Source: a candidate division WOR-3 bacterium (lineage in GTDB: Bacteria > Hydrothermota > Tepidihabitantia > B3-TA06). From it: 31,124 bases of DNA. Every line of letters begins with the position of its first letter. Position 1 is the first letter of the stretch. The stretch spans positions 1-31,124 of the forward strand of contig JAYELY010000358.1 in the NCBI GenBank assembly GCA_034717795.1, read 5' to 3'. The position numbers and the translations under genes were made by a program. Of this stretch, positions 8,335 through 16,565 are shown in pieces. The notes beneath the pieces are model-generated. The model was not told the DNA's origin. It worked only from the letters and a program-made list of their open reading frames with translations, and searched no databases.

Positions 8335-8362
8335 ATTGTATTCGACGTGTTAGACGTGTCAA
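8335..8362 (-). promoter_or_regulatory. alr operon promoter TTGACA-16-TACAAT, 5 nt before the ATG (probably leaderless)
   Basis: ttgaca 8362-8357, tacaat 8340-8335, ATG 8329; no SD. Confidence 0.75.
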
Positions 8363-8390
8363 GGGCTTTAATACTCAACGGACGGTGGTA

Positions 8391-8502
8391 TGGAGGGCGG
8401 ACTCTCAGTCCGCTAAGGGAGTTTGATTCTATCGAGGATGGAGGACGGACTCTTAGTCCGCCAAACGAGATCTTAGAGGCGGCTTGGAGAAGCCGCCCTC
8501 CA
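8391..8502. repeat. Left REP array: two direct REPs (8391-8413, 8439-8462) and one inverted REP (8476-8502)
   Basis: TGGAGG(G/A)CGGACT-ctc/ctt-AGTCCGC hairpins; the third copy reads tggagggcggcttctccaagccgcc on the minus strand. Confidence 0.9.
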
Positions 8503-8517
8503 TTCTTGGGTTAAGTG

Positions 8518-8545
8518 TTGACAAGTTAAACTTTTCTAATAACCT
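8518..8545 (+). promoter_or_regulatory. Probable RAYT promoter TTGACA-16-TAACCT
   Basis: ttgaca 8518-8523, taacct 8540-8545, ATG 8553; no SD. Confidence 0.5.
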
Positions 8546-9017
8546 ATGGATCATGGAAAGACCTTTAGCCAAGCCTGCCAGGGACAACTACCGCCGCAGG
8601 CTGCCGCAGCTGCAAAAAGAAGGTAAGACCTACTTCGTGACCTTCTCTACTTACAAGAGGTGGCGCATTCCTGAATCTTTGAGGGGATTGGTTCTCAAAC
8701 ACTGCCTTTACGATCATGGGCGGAAGATTTACCTGCACGGTGTAGTGGTGATGCCGGATCACGTCCATATGGTGTTTACTCCGCTTGCCGATGATGAGGG
8801 CGGCACGTATGGACTTGCCGAGATTATGCAGGGAATAAAAGGGGCTTGTGCCCGCAGTATCAACAAAGCTTTAGAACGCAAGGGAACGGTTTGGCAGGAG
8901 TCCTACTTCGACAGGATTCTGCGTTCTAATGAAGACGCCCAAAGCAAGGTTGAATATATCTGTAAGAATCCGGTCAGGAAAGGTCTCGTGGACAACGAAG
9001 ACGATCATCCGTGGACA

Positions 9018-9162
9018 TGGAGGGGCGGACTCTCAGTCCGCCAAGCAAGTTTGATGGGAGGACGAACTCCCAGTCCGCCAAACGAGTTTGATGGGAGGAC
9101 GAACTCCCAGTCCGCCAAACGAGTCCAAAAAAGAAAGGGCGGGCTAGAGAGCCCGCCCTCCA
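9018..9162. repeat. Right REP array: three tandem REP units at 37-bp period (9019, 9056, 9093) and one inverted REP (9136-9162)
   Basis: ggaggggcggactctcagtccgcc, then gggaggacgaactcccagtccgcc twice, joined by aa(g/a)c(a/g)agtttgat linkers; tggagggcgggctctctagcccgccct on the minus strand. Confidence 0.92.
9125..9162 (-). terminator. Intrinsic terminator of the por operon, formed by the inverted REP
   Basis: About 16 nt after the porB stop, the 10-bp stem agggcgggct-ctct-agcccgccct is followed by ttctttttt on the minus strand. Confidence 0.7.
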
Positions 9163-9177
9163 AGTATCGTCTTTTTA

Positions 9178-10086
9178 CTAATTTTCCTTCTGTTTTTCGA
9201 ACCACGGCTTGGAGCGCTCGGCCTGCTCTTTGAGCCGGGCGTAGCGCTCGTCAACCTGTTTGTCCATCTCGTCAACCTGTTCTTCAGTCAGATGACGGAA
9301 GCGACCCTGCGGTTTTATGTAGTCTACAAGTGGTTTTTTCTTTGGATCGATCGAAAGTTTGTAGTAGCGCCCTTCGTAGATTTCGTACAGGGGGAAGACG
9401 TGAGTCTGGACAGCCAGCCTTGCAAGCTTGATGGCGAGTTCAGGTGCGGTTCTCCAGCCGGGCGGGCAGGAGGCGAGGATGTGGATGAACTTCGCCCCTG
9501 GGGTTTCCTTGGCGATATTGAGCTTGCGGATGAAGTCTTCTGGATAGGCCACTGACGCCGACGCGGTGTAGGGGATGGAGTGTGCGGCCATGATAGCGAG
9601 CATGTCCTTCTTGCGCTCCTGCTTGAAGTGCCGCGGTGGGGTGGTGGACGTTACCGCGCCCCAGGGCGTGGCCGAGGAGCGCTGAACACCTGTGTTCATG
9701 TAGGCCTCGTTGTCGTAGCAGACGTAGATGACGTTGTCGTTGCGTTCCACCGTTCCGGAAAGGGCCTGGATGCCGATGTCGAAGGTTCCGCCGTCGCCTG
9801 CCCAGGCCACCACGTTGGTCTCGGTATCGCCGCGCATCGTCAGCCCGGCACGGATGCCAGACGCCACCGCCGCAGCGGTCTCGAACGCGGTATGGAACAG
9901 AGGAACGCCCACCGAGGAGTAGGGGAAGGGGCCGTCTATCACCGACCAGCAGCAGGCAGGAAGGGTGAGGATCGTCTTAGGACCGAGCGCCTTGAGCGCG
10001 TAGCGCATTGCAAGGGTCGCGCCGCAGCCCTGGCACGCCTTGTGCCCTGAGCACATTATCTCCTGTTCGGGTATGGTGTATCTCAT
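9178..10086 (-). CDS. porB: 2-oxoacid:ferredoxin oxidoreductase beta subunit (pyruvate/ketoisovalerate family, TPP-binding)
   Basis: GHKACQGCG, AGDGGTFDIG.QALSG, YDNEAYMNTGVQRS, ASCPPGW. Confidence 0.93.
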   Translation of the reverse strand: MRYTIPEQEIMCSGHKACQGCGATLAMRYALKALGPKTILTLPACCWSVIDGPFPYSSVGVPLFHTAFETAAAVASGIRAGLTMRGDTETNVVAWAGDGGTFDIGIQALSGTVERNDNVIYVCYDNEAYMNTGVQRSSATPWGAVTSTTPPRHFKQERKKDMLAIMAAHSIPYTASASVAYPEDFIRKLNIAKETPGAKFIHILASCPPGWRTAPELAIKLARLAVQTHVFPLYEIYEGRYYKLSIDPKKKPLVDYIKPQGRFRHLTEEQVDEMDKQVDERYARLKEQAERSKPWFEKQKEN

Positions 10087-11240
10087 CTCTTCACTCCTAT
10101 CCAGATGATGTCTTCGGTGGGATGATCTTCCTTGATGGTCTGTTCAATCATCCCCTTGACTACATCCATAGGAACGTCGCGTCCGCCAAGACCGGCGATG
10201 TAACCCCACATGGGCGGCGCTTTCTTCTCATTATAAAGAGCAGCCTTGGTCTCTGCATAAAACGCACCGGACATACCGAAGCTTATGTTGCGATCTACGA
10301 CCAGGACCTTCTTGCGACCGGCCAGGAGCTTTCTTAAAAGCTCTGATGGGAAGGGACGGAACACACGAATCCTTATAAGTCCTACCTTGTGACCCTCTTC
10401 ACGCATCGCATCGATTACCGGTCTTGCCGTTGACGCGATGGATGCAGAGGTGACGAGCACGGTATCCGCGTCGTCCAGCTTGTAGGTCTCCAGCATACCG
10501 TAGTGGCGTCCGAACATCTCACCGAACTCCTTGCCGGTCTCCTCAAACAGGGGGATGGCTTTCTGGATGTCGCGCTCGATCTTGTAGCGAAGCTCGTAGT
10601 ACCAGTCAGGTCCGGTGAGCCCGCCGAACGCGGCAGGTTTTTCGGTATCCAGCTTGTAGGCGTTTTCGAAGCGGGGCAGGTAGGCGTCCACCTTGTCCTG
10701 GTCTGGTACCTCGCAGTTCTCGTTGGTGTGAGAGAGCACGAAGCTGTCCAGAACCACCATCGCCGGGATATATATCTGCTCTGCAACCTTGTATGCCTGG
10801 ATTACCGAGTCCATTATCTCCTGGATGGAGGAGGTATAGATTTGAATCCAGCCGGTGTCGCGCTGGGCGATGGAGTCGGTCTGCTCGGTCCAGATGGTCC
10901 AGGGTGGAGCCATGGCGCGGTTGATGTTGCCCATCACGATTGGCAAGCGTGCGCCCGTAGCCCAGTGAAGCACCTCGTGCATGAGAGCAAGCCCCTGGGA
11001 GGAGGTGGCAGTAAATGTTCTCGCACCTGCGGCCGATGCACCCATGGATGCGGCCATTGCCGAGTGCTCGCTCTCCACCTTGATGAACTTCGCTTTCAGC
11101 GAGCCGTCCGCGCACATGTTTGATAAAAGCTCCACAACCTCGGTCTGAGGGGTGATGGGATAGGCCGCGATTACCTCGGCGCGCGAGAGCAACGCTCCCC
11201 AGGACAGGGCGTGGTTGCCCATGATTACCTTCTGCATCAT
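10083..11240 (-). CDS. porA: 2-oxoacid:ferredoxin oxidoreductase alpha subunit
   Basis: AYPITPQTE, VESEHSA, TFTATSSQGLALMHE, RVFRPFP, GLGGRD. Confidence 0.95.
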   Translation of the reverse strand: MMQKVIMGNHALSWGALLSRAEVIAAYPITPQTEVVELLSNMCADGSLKAKFIKVESEHSAMAASMGASAAGARTFTATSSQGLALMHEVLHWATGARLPIVMGNINRAMAPPWTIWTEQTDSIAQRDTGWIQIYTSSIQEIMDSVIQAYKVAEQIYIPAMVVLDSFVLSHTNENCEVPDQDKVDAYLPRFENAYKLDTEKPAAFGGLTGPDWYYELRYKIERDIQKAIPLFEETGKEFGEMFGRHYGMLETYKLDDADTVLVTSASIASTARPVIDAMREEGHKVGLIRIRVFRPFPSELLRKLLAGRKKVLVVDRNISFGMSGAFYAETKAALYNEKKAPPMWGYIAGLGGRDVPMDVVKGMIEQTIKEDHPTEDIIWIGVKR

Positions 11241-11521
11241 TCCTCCTTAACCATCTCGATGGCGTCCTTGGGGCATTCCACCGCACAGATGCCGCATCCC
11301 TTGCAGAAGGAGAGGTCAACCACAGGGTAGTCCTCGTCGTCCATCTCAATAGAAACGTCGGGACAGAACTTCCAGCAAATGCCGCACTTGTTGCACTTTT
11401 CGCGGTCGAGCACCGGCCTCAGGTTTCGCCAGGAGCCGGTCTTGTTGACCGTCATCCGTCCCAGCGACATCGCCATCAACGGCATGTCCGATTCTTTCTC
11501 CCATTTGATCTCTTCACTCAT
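11237..11521 (-). CDS. porD: 2-oxoacid:ferredoxin oxidoreductase delta subunit (2x[4Fe-4S])
   Basis: TGSWRNLRPV, CNKCGICWKFCP, CKGCGICAVECP. Confidence 0.95.
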   Translation of the reverse strand: MSEEIKWEKESDMPLMAMSLGRMTVNKTGSWRNLRPVLDREKCNKCGICWKFCPDVSIEMDDEDYPVVDLSFCKGCGICAVECPKDAIEMVKEE

Positions 11522-12081
11522 TATTTCTCCTCCGGGGCCTTGGCGACATCGTAGGCCTCCTGGGCCGCCTTGACGTTTTCGTCCTTCTTGACCGGCGAGA
11601 GCTCATGTACCGCCTCGCGCACCGCCTCGATTCCGACGAAGCCGGTGATCTTGGCAAACGCCCCCATGATAGCGCTGTTGACAATAGGCGCCGCCTTTGA
11701 TCCGATTCTGTGCTTGACTGCGATGGATGATGCGTCCACTGTCGCTACCTTGAATCCTTTGAACTGGGGGAAGTCGGAAGCCTTTTTTTCGGTGTTGATG
11801 ACGATCCAGCCACCGGGCTTAAGCCCTTCGGTGACGTCTATGGCGCCGATCAAGGTAGGCTCAAGCACCAACAGATGATCGGGCTCGTAGATCTTTGATC
11901 GAATGTAGATCGGTTTGGAGTCGATACGGGTGAATGCAACCACCGGCGCGCCCCGGCGCTCGACGCCGTACTCCGGAAAGGTCTGAACGTATCGTCCTTC
12001 CTTGGCCACGGCTACAGCCAGCACTTTTGAAGCAACCACCGTTCCCTGGCCGCCCCGGCCGTGGAAGCGTATCTCAAGCAT
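11521..12081 (-). CDS. porG: 2-oxoacid:ferredoxin oxidoreductase gamma subunit
   Basis: MLEIRFHGRGGQGTVVAS...FPEYGVERRGAPV; start moved to ATG 12081, after GGAGG. Confidence 0.93.
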   Translation of the reverse strand: MLEIRFHGRGGQGTVVASKVLAVAVAKEGRYVQTFPEYGVERRGAPVVAFTRIDSKPIYIRSKIYEPDHLLVLEPTLIGAIDVTEGLKPGGWIVINTEKKASDFPQFKGFKVATVDASSIAVKHRIGSKAAPIVNSAIMGAFAKITGFVGIEAVREAVHELSPVKKDENVKAAQEAYDVAKAPEEK

Positions 12082-12100
12082 CGATCCTCCTAATTTATGT

Positions 12101-12130
12101 GGCGGAAAGAATTCGGAGATTCTTTCCACC
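12101..12130 (-). promoter_or_regulatory. Hairpin in the por operon leader
   Basis: Minus strand ggtggaaagaat-ctccga-attctttccgcc: 12-bp stem including one G-U pair, about 10 nt upstream of the SD. Confidence 0.4.
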
Positions 12131-12265
12131 GGAGTTTGCAATCTTTTTAACTAAAATCCTCTTGCATTTCATTCACCTATCTACAGAGAGACTAAGTGTA
12201 GCCCGGATAGCTTGCCTTTTCTAATCCATATTAATCTGCGGTTCATTAATCATTACGACAGCCTT

Positions 12266-13252
12266 TTAGAACCTCAGTACCGAAGCGCCCCAGGTGAAGC
12301 CGCCGCCGAACGCCGCAAAAAGCAGGAGGTCGTCACGTTTGACTAAACCTTTAGAAATAGCATCGTGGAAGGCTACCGGGATCGTTCCCGCCGACATGTT
12401 GCCGTGCCAGCCGATGGTGATATGAGTTTTATCCAATGGCACCTTGGCCCGCCTGCAGGTTGCTTCGATTATCCTCGTATTGGCCTGGTGGGGAATGAAG
12501 AGATCTATCTCCTCCGGATCAATGCCGGCCTGCTCGATGGCGGCAACCGCGGCGTCCCCCATGGTCCGAACCGCGTACTTAAAGACCTCATTGCCCTTCA
12601 TCTGAATGGTGTGTAGTCTCTTGTCTACGGTTTCGTGGCTGGCAGGCATACGGGTTCCACCTGCAGGCTGAACCAGAAGTTCCCCTAATGAACCGTCGGC
12701 TCCTAAAATCGAAGAAAGAAACCCGCGATCCTCGTCCGTAGGAGCTATGATGACAACGCCTGCGCCGTCGCCCATGAGGATGCATGTGCCGCGATCTTCC
12801 CAGTCGGTGATCTTTGATAGGGCATCTGCGCCTGCAACAAGGATGGGCTTCGCGATTGAGGAGAGCATTGAAGAGCCTATCTCAAGCCCGTAAAGGAAGC
12901 CTGAGCAGGCCGCTGAGACGTCGAAGGCAGGGATGCCGGGAATATCCAACCCATTCTGCACCCAGCAGCCGGTGGAGGGGAACATGGTATCCGGTGAGAT
13001 GGTTCCCACTACGATCGCACCGAGCTCCGATGCGGCAAGCCCTGCGTTTTTCAATGCCTCCTTGGTAGCCTCGATTACCATATCGGATGTGGCTTCATCA
13101 TTACGGACGATGTGGCGCTTCTCAACACCTGTACGGGTCCTTATCCATTCATCCGAGGTGTCAACTATCTTTTCAAGATCGAAATTGGTCAGTACCTTCT
13201 CGGGCAAGTAAGAACCCGTCCCTATGATCTTGAATCTTCGGAAGAACTTCAT
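12266..13252 (-). CDS. fabH: Beta-ketoacyl-ACP synthase III
   Basis: TGSYLPEKVLTNFDLEK..DTSDEWIRTRTG, AACSGF (Cys), PHQAN (His), GNMSA (Asn), FGGGFTWG. Confidence 0.95.
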   Translation of the reverse strand: MKFFRRFKIIGTGSYLPEKVLTNFDLEKIVDTSDEWIRTRTGVEKRHIVRNDEATSDMVIEATKEALKNAGLAASELGAIVVGTISPDTMFPSTGCWVQNGLDIPGIPAFDVSAACSGFLYGLEIGSSMLSSIAKPILVAGADALSKITDWEDRGTCILMGDGAGVVIIAPTDEDRGFLSSILGADGSLGELLVQPAGGTRMPASHETVDKRLHTIQMKGNEVFKYAVRTMGDAAVAAIEQAGIDPEEIDLFIPHQANTRIIEATCRRAKVPLDKTHITIGWHGNMSAGTIPVAFHDAISKGLVKRDDLLLFAAFGGGFTWGASVLRF

Positions 13253-13258
13253 GACAGG

Positions 13259-14173
13259 TTATTCTCCTTTACCGGCCATTAGTGCCGCCAGTGCTATCGA
13301 GTAGAACTTTGAATCCTCGTTGTCGCCGCGGGAGGTTAATACGCATGGTACCTTTGCTCCGGTGACGATTGCCGACAGGTGTGCGCCGGCAAAATTGGTG
13401 GTCGCCTTGTAGAAGATGTTGCCCGCTTCGATGTCCGGGAAGATTAAGACGTCCGCGTCACCGGCTACTTCACTTTCCACTCCCTTGATGCGTTTGGACT
13501 CTTCTGACACCGCAAGGTCCATGGCCAGGGGGCCGTCAATGATACAGCCTTTGATCTGGCCGCGGCGGTTCATCTGGGTAAGGATTGCCGCATCCATGGT
13601 GGCGTCCATCTTGGGGTTGACCTTTTCTACAGCCGCAAGGATAGCCACCTTGGGACGCTCTATACCCAAGCGGTGGGCGATATCAACCGCGTAGCCTATC
13701 ATGGCGACCTTCTGCTTGAGATCAGGGGCTATAAGAACAGCTACGTCTGTGGCTACGAGAAGCTTGTGGTATGAAGGAACCTCGAGAACGGTAACGTGGG
13801 AAAGGGTTTTGCCCGGGGGGAGAAGTCCTTTTTCCTTATCCAGAATGGCGCGCATGTAGATGGCCGAATCCATAAACCCTTTCATAAGGAAGTCGGCTTC
13901 ACCAGAGTTCACAAGCTCCACCGCTTTGATAGCGGCGACCCTCTCGTCAGGGATATGAATTATCTTGAAGATTCCGGGGTCAATCTCATACTCCGAGGCC
14001 ACTTCCTTGATCTTTGTCTCATCACCGGTCAGGGTGGCGTCGATCATGCCCTCGGTAACGCCCCGGCCCACCGCCTCGATGGTATGCGGGTCTTCTCCCG
14101 CGGCCACGGCCACGCGCGTTCGGGGCAGATTTTTCACCTTCTCAACCAGTTCAGCTAGTTTCTTTACCGGCAT
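13259..14173 (-). CDS. ptb: Phosphate butyryltransferase (phosphate acyltransferase)
   Basis: LMKGFMDSA..MRAILDKEKGL, TDVAV.IAPDL.QK, PKVAILAAVEKVNPKM..T.DAA.L..MNRRGQIKGCIIDGPLA.D.A, PDIEAGN..YK. Confidence 0.92.
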   Translation of the reverse strand: MPVKKLAELVEKVKNLPRTRVAVAAGEDPHTIEAVGRGVTEGMIDATLTGDETKIKEVASEYEIDPGIFKIIHIPDERVAAIKAVELVNSGEADFLMKGFMDSAIYMRAILDKEKGLLPPGKTLSHVTVLEVPSYHKLLVATDVAVLIAPDLKQKVAMIGYAVDIAHRLGIERPKVAILAAVEKVNPKMDATMDAAILTQMNRRGQIKGCIIDGPLAMDLAVSEESKRIKGVESEVAGDADVLIFPDIEAGNIFYKATTNFAGAHLSAIVTGAKVPCVLTSRGDNEDSKFYSIALAALMAGKGE

Positions 14174-14201
14174 CAAGCCTCCTTGGATTCATTTTTTCTT
14201 T

Positions 14202-15272
14202 TTAATATTCCTGAGCAGCCTCTTCTTCCTTGAGAACCCGCAGCGCCCCTTCGACCAAAGCCTGCATTTCGTTTTCTCCCGGATACACCTTCAATGGCGC
14301 TATGAACCCCACGCGGTTGCGAACCAACTCAACGAAAAACTCGTCGTAGGCAAGCCCGCCGGTGAGCACTATGGCGTCCACCTTGCCCTCAAGCACCGCG
14401 GCGCGAGCACCTATCTCCTTCGAGCAGGTATATGCCACAACACCTAAGATCTCGGCGGCCTTCTCGTCCCCGGCCTTGACGCGCTCTTCCACATCCCGCA
14501 TGTCGTTGGTTCCCAGATAAGCTACCACGCCGCCCTTTCCGGCAAGGAGCTTCTTCATGTCCTGTTTGGTGTAGTTGCTGTCAAGCACAAAACACACCAG
14601 ATCCCAGGCGGGCAGCGAGCCTGCACGTTCAGGCGCTATCGGTCCGTCGCCGTTTAAGGCGTTGTTCACGTCCACCACTCGTCCCTTTTTGTGCGCGGCG
14701 ATGGAGATACCGCCTCCCAGATGGGCCACGATCAGGTTCACCTCTTCGTATTTCTTCCCCATCTCGGCGGCGGCTTTGCGCGCGGCTGCCTTGTGGTTCA
14801 GGGCATGGAAGATGCTTCTCCTTTTAATCTCCGGACGACCGGTATACCGGGCAAAGGTCTCCATCTCGTCCACCACCACCGGGTCCACGATGAACGCCGG
14901 GATGCCCAGCGGCTCCGCGATCGCGTTGGCTATGAGTCCGCCAAGGTTGGATGCGTGTTCGCCCTGAAGACCTGCGCGAAGATCTGTAAGCATTGCTTCG
15001 TTTACCCTGAAGGTTCCGCCAGGAATCGGGCGCATGAGTCCTCCTCTACCTACCACGGCCGAGAGCGAAGACTTCTCTATTTCCTTCTCTTCAAGGGTCT
15101 TGAGTATAACATCGCGGCGGAACTCGTACTGATCTATAATCTTTGCATACTTCGCAATCTGGTCCGCAGGGTGAGTGAGATTGACCGAGAAAATTTCCCT
15201 CTCACCCTCATAAACGGCTATCTTGGTTGAAGTGGAGCCGGGATTTACTGCGAGAACTCGAAACTCTGACAC
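14202..15272 (-). CDS. buk: Butyrate/branched-chain carboxylate kinase
   Basis: LAVNPGSTSTKIAVY, GRGGL, EHASNLGG, HALNHKA, IVAHLGGGIS, VYPGENEMQAL; GTG start after GGAGG. Confidence 0.96.
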   Translation of the reverse strand: MSEFRVLAVNPGSTSTKIAVYEGEREIFSVNLTHPADQIAKYAKIIDQYEFRRDVILKTLEEKEIEKSSLSAVVGRGGLMRPIPGGTFRVNEAMLTDLRAGLQGEHASNLGGLIANAIAEPLGIPAFIVDPVVVDEMETFARYTGRPEIKRRSIFHALNHKAAARKAAAEMGKKYEEVNLIVAHLGGGISIAAHKKGRVVDVNNALNGDGPIAPERAGSLPAWDLVCFVLDSNYTKQDMKKLLAGKGGVVAYLGTNDMRDVEERVKAGDEKAAEILGVVAYTCSKEIGARAAVLEGKVDAIVLTGGLAYDEFFVELVRNRVGFIAPLKVYPGENEMQALVEGALRVLKEEEAAQEY

Positions 15273-15289
15273 ATGTTCCTCCTTCGCTG

Positions 15290-15317
15290 AGGATACGGAT
15301 TAAACTCGGAATGTCAA
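15290..15317 (-). promoter_or_regulatory. buk operon promoter TTGACA-16-TATCCT
   Basis: ttgaca 15317-15312, tatcct 15295-15290, then GGAGG and GTG. Confidence 0.65.
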
Positions 15318-15358
15318 GTAAATATTGCCTCTTTCTTCTTTTTGTAAGATGCGTAAGA

Positions 15359-16483
15359 TCAAGACTTGACAAACTCCCCGATTTCAGCCAATACCCGTGA
15401 GGCCTCATCCGGGGTGTTGTAGAAGTGTGGGGAGAGCCGGATGGCACCTTTGCGCAGCGATACGATTATGCGGGCATCGCTCAGTTTCTCGAACAGCGCT
15501 TTTGAATCCTTGTCAGGGATACGGAAGGTGAGTATGCCTGAAGCGTGATCCTCGTTTTCGGGCGAAATAATCTCCGCATCCAGTTGCTTTAAACCTTGCA
15601 ACAGGAATCCGCGAGTCTGGAAGATTCTCTCGTTAATCTTTGCTATCCCTACCGAGTTCAGGATCTTCAGATTCTCCACGAACCCTACAAGAGGAACCCC
15701 AGGATAGGAGCCTGGCTCGAACCGGCCCGCTCCTTCCTTTAGAGGTGGAAGTGGATCGAAGATGTTGAACTCTTTCCAGGAAAGGCTCATCCATCCCTCG
15801 AATGCAGGTTTCAGCCGGGGCATGGTTTCGGCGTTCACATAAAGGATTCCCGCACCTACCGGACCTAAGAGCCACTTGGCGGATGCGGCGGCAAAGAAGT
15901 CCACGTGGACATTTGAAAGATCGAGTTCAAGCGCACCACAGCCTTGTATCCCATCCGCGACCAGGAAGATGCCTCTTTCCTTGCAGAAATCACCGATTCT
16001 TTTAAGGTCGATTCTATAGCCGGTAAAGAAGTCAACCCAGTCTATGGCTACGGCACGGGTGTGTTCGTCTATTGATTCCAGGATTCTGTCCTCGAGCGGT
16101 CTGTCGCCTTCAATCTCTATCTGACGCTTCTGGATCTGCGGCAGATTCCTGAACCACGGGACGATATTGGTGGGAAAGCCGTCCTTGATCAACACGATGT
16201 TATCCGTTTCCCGCCAGGGAATGGAGTAAAGTGCGATGAGCAGCCCGGTCGAGGTATTGGGGATGAAACCTATCTCTCTAGGCTCTGTTCCCAGAAGCTT
16301 GGCCGACTCGCCTCGAAAACTCTCAAGCTCGGCGCTCCAGAAGTTCCAGGACCTGTCGCCCGAAGCCAGCTCGTCTATGAGCGTTTTCATTCTCTCGCGT
16401 GCAGGCAGGGGTAGGGGGGAGCTGGATGCGTGGTTTAAGTAGATGATGTCTTCGGTGCGGGGAAAGAGTTGGGTGGCATCCAT
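15359..16483 (-). CDS. Class V PLP-dependent aminotransferase/cysteine desulfurase-like protein
   Basis: IYLNHASSSP, DGIQGCG, AAASAKWLLGPVGAG (PLP lysine), IRLSPHFYNT; start moved to ATG 16483. Confidence 0.88.
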   Translation of the reverse strand: MDATQLFPRTEDIIYLNHASSSPLPLPARERMKTLIDELASGDRSWNFWSAELESFRGESAKLLGTEPREIGFIPNTSTGLLIALYSIPWRETDNIVLIKDGFPTNIVPWFRNLPQIQKRQIEIEGDRPLEDRILESIDEHTRAVAIDWVDFFTGYRIDLKRIGDFCKERGIFLVADGIQGCGALELDLSNVHVDFFAAASAKWLLGPVGAGILYVNAETMPRLKPAFEGWMSLSWKEFNIFDPLPPLKEGAGRFEPGSYPGVPLVGFVENLKILNSVGIAKINERIFQTRGFLLQGLKQLDAEIISPENEDHASGILTFRIPDKDSKALFEKLSDARIIVSLRKGAIRLSPHFYNTPDEASRVLAEIGEFVKS

Positions 16484-16488
16484 ACACA

Positions 16489-16516
16489 ATCCTACACCTC
16501 TATGGGGTAGAGTCAA
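16489..16516 (-). promoter_or_regulatory. Promoter TTGACT-16-TAGGAT, 5 nt before the ATG (probably leaderless)
   Basis: ttgact 16516-16511, taggat 16494-16489, ATG 16483. Confidence 0.6.
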
Positions 16517-16529
16517 GTGACCAGTTATC

Positions 16530-16557
16530 TTGACAATTCCCGATTCCCGATTAAACT
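16530..16557 (+). promoter_or_regulatory. Promoter TTGACA-16-TAAACT at the head of the long plus-strand operon
   Basis: ttgaca 16530-16535, taaact 16552-16557, ATG 16566; no SD. Confidence 0.65.
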
Positions 16558-16565
16558 TCTCTGAT

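Larger units (their letters stand above)
8553..9233 (+). mobile_element. REP-associated tyrosine transposase (RAYT/TnpA-REP, Y1 HUH family)
   Basis: RRRLP...TYFVTF, VVMPDHVHMV (HUH), IKG..AR.IN, VWQESYFDRILR, EYICKNPVRKGLV...PWTW; flanked by REP arrays; the ORF reads through the right array. Confidence 0.92.

Noticed and set aside
7517-8353. Long antisense ORFs (7517-8353, 802-1422, 10503-11123 with 10606-11349, 20008-20889, 18807-19367 and similar)
   Set aside because: They overlap well-supported genes in another frame or strand and have no recognisable motifs; typical shadow ORFs of GC-rich coding DNA.
9018-9120. 37-bp periodic repeats as a CRISPR array
   Set aside because: Units are contiguous with near-identical linkers and no unique spacers; no cas genes; they match the REPs flanking the RAYT.
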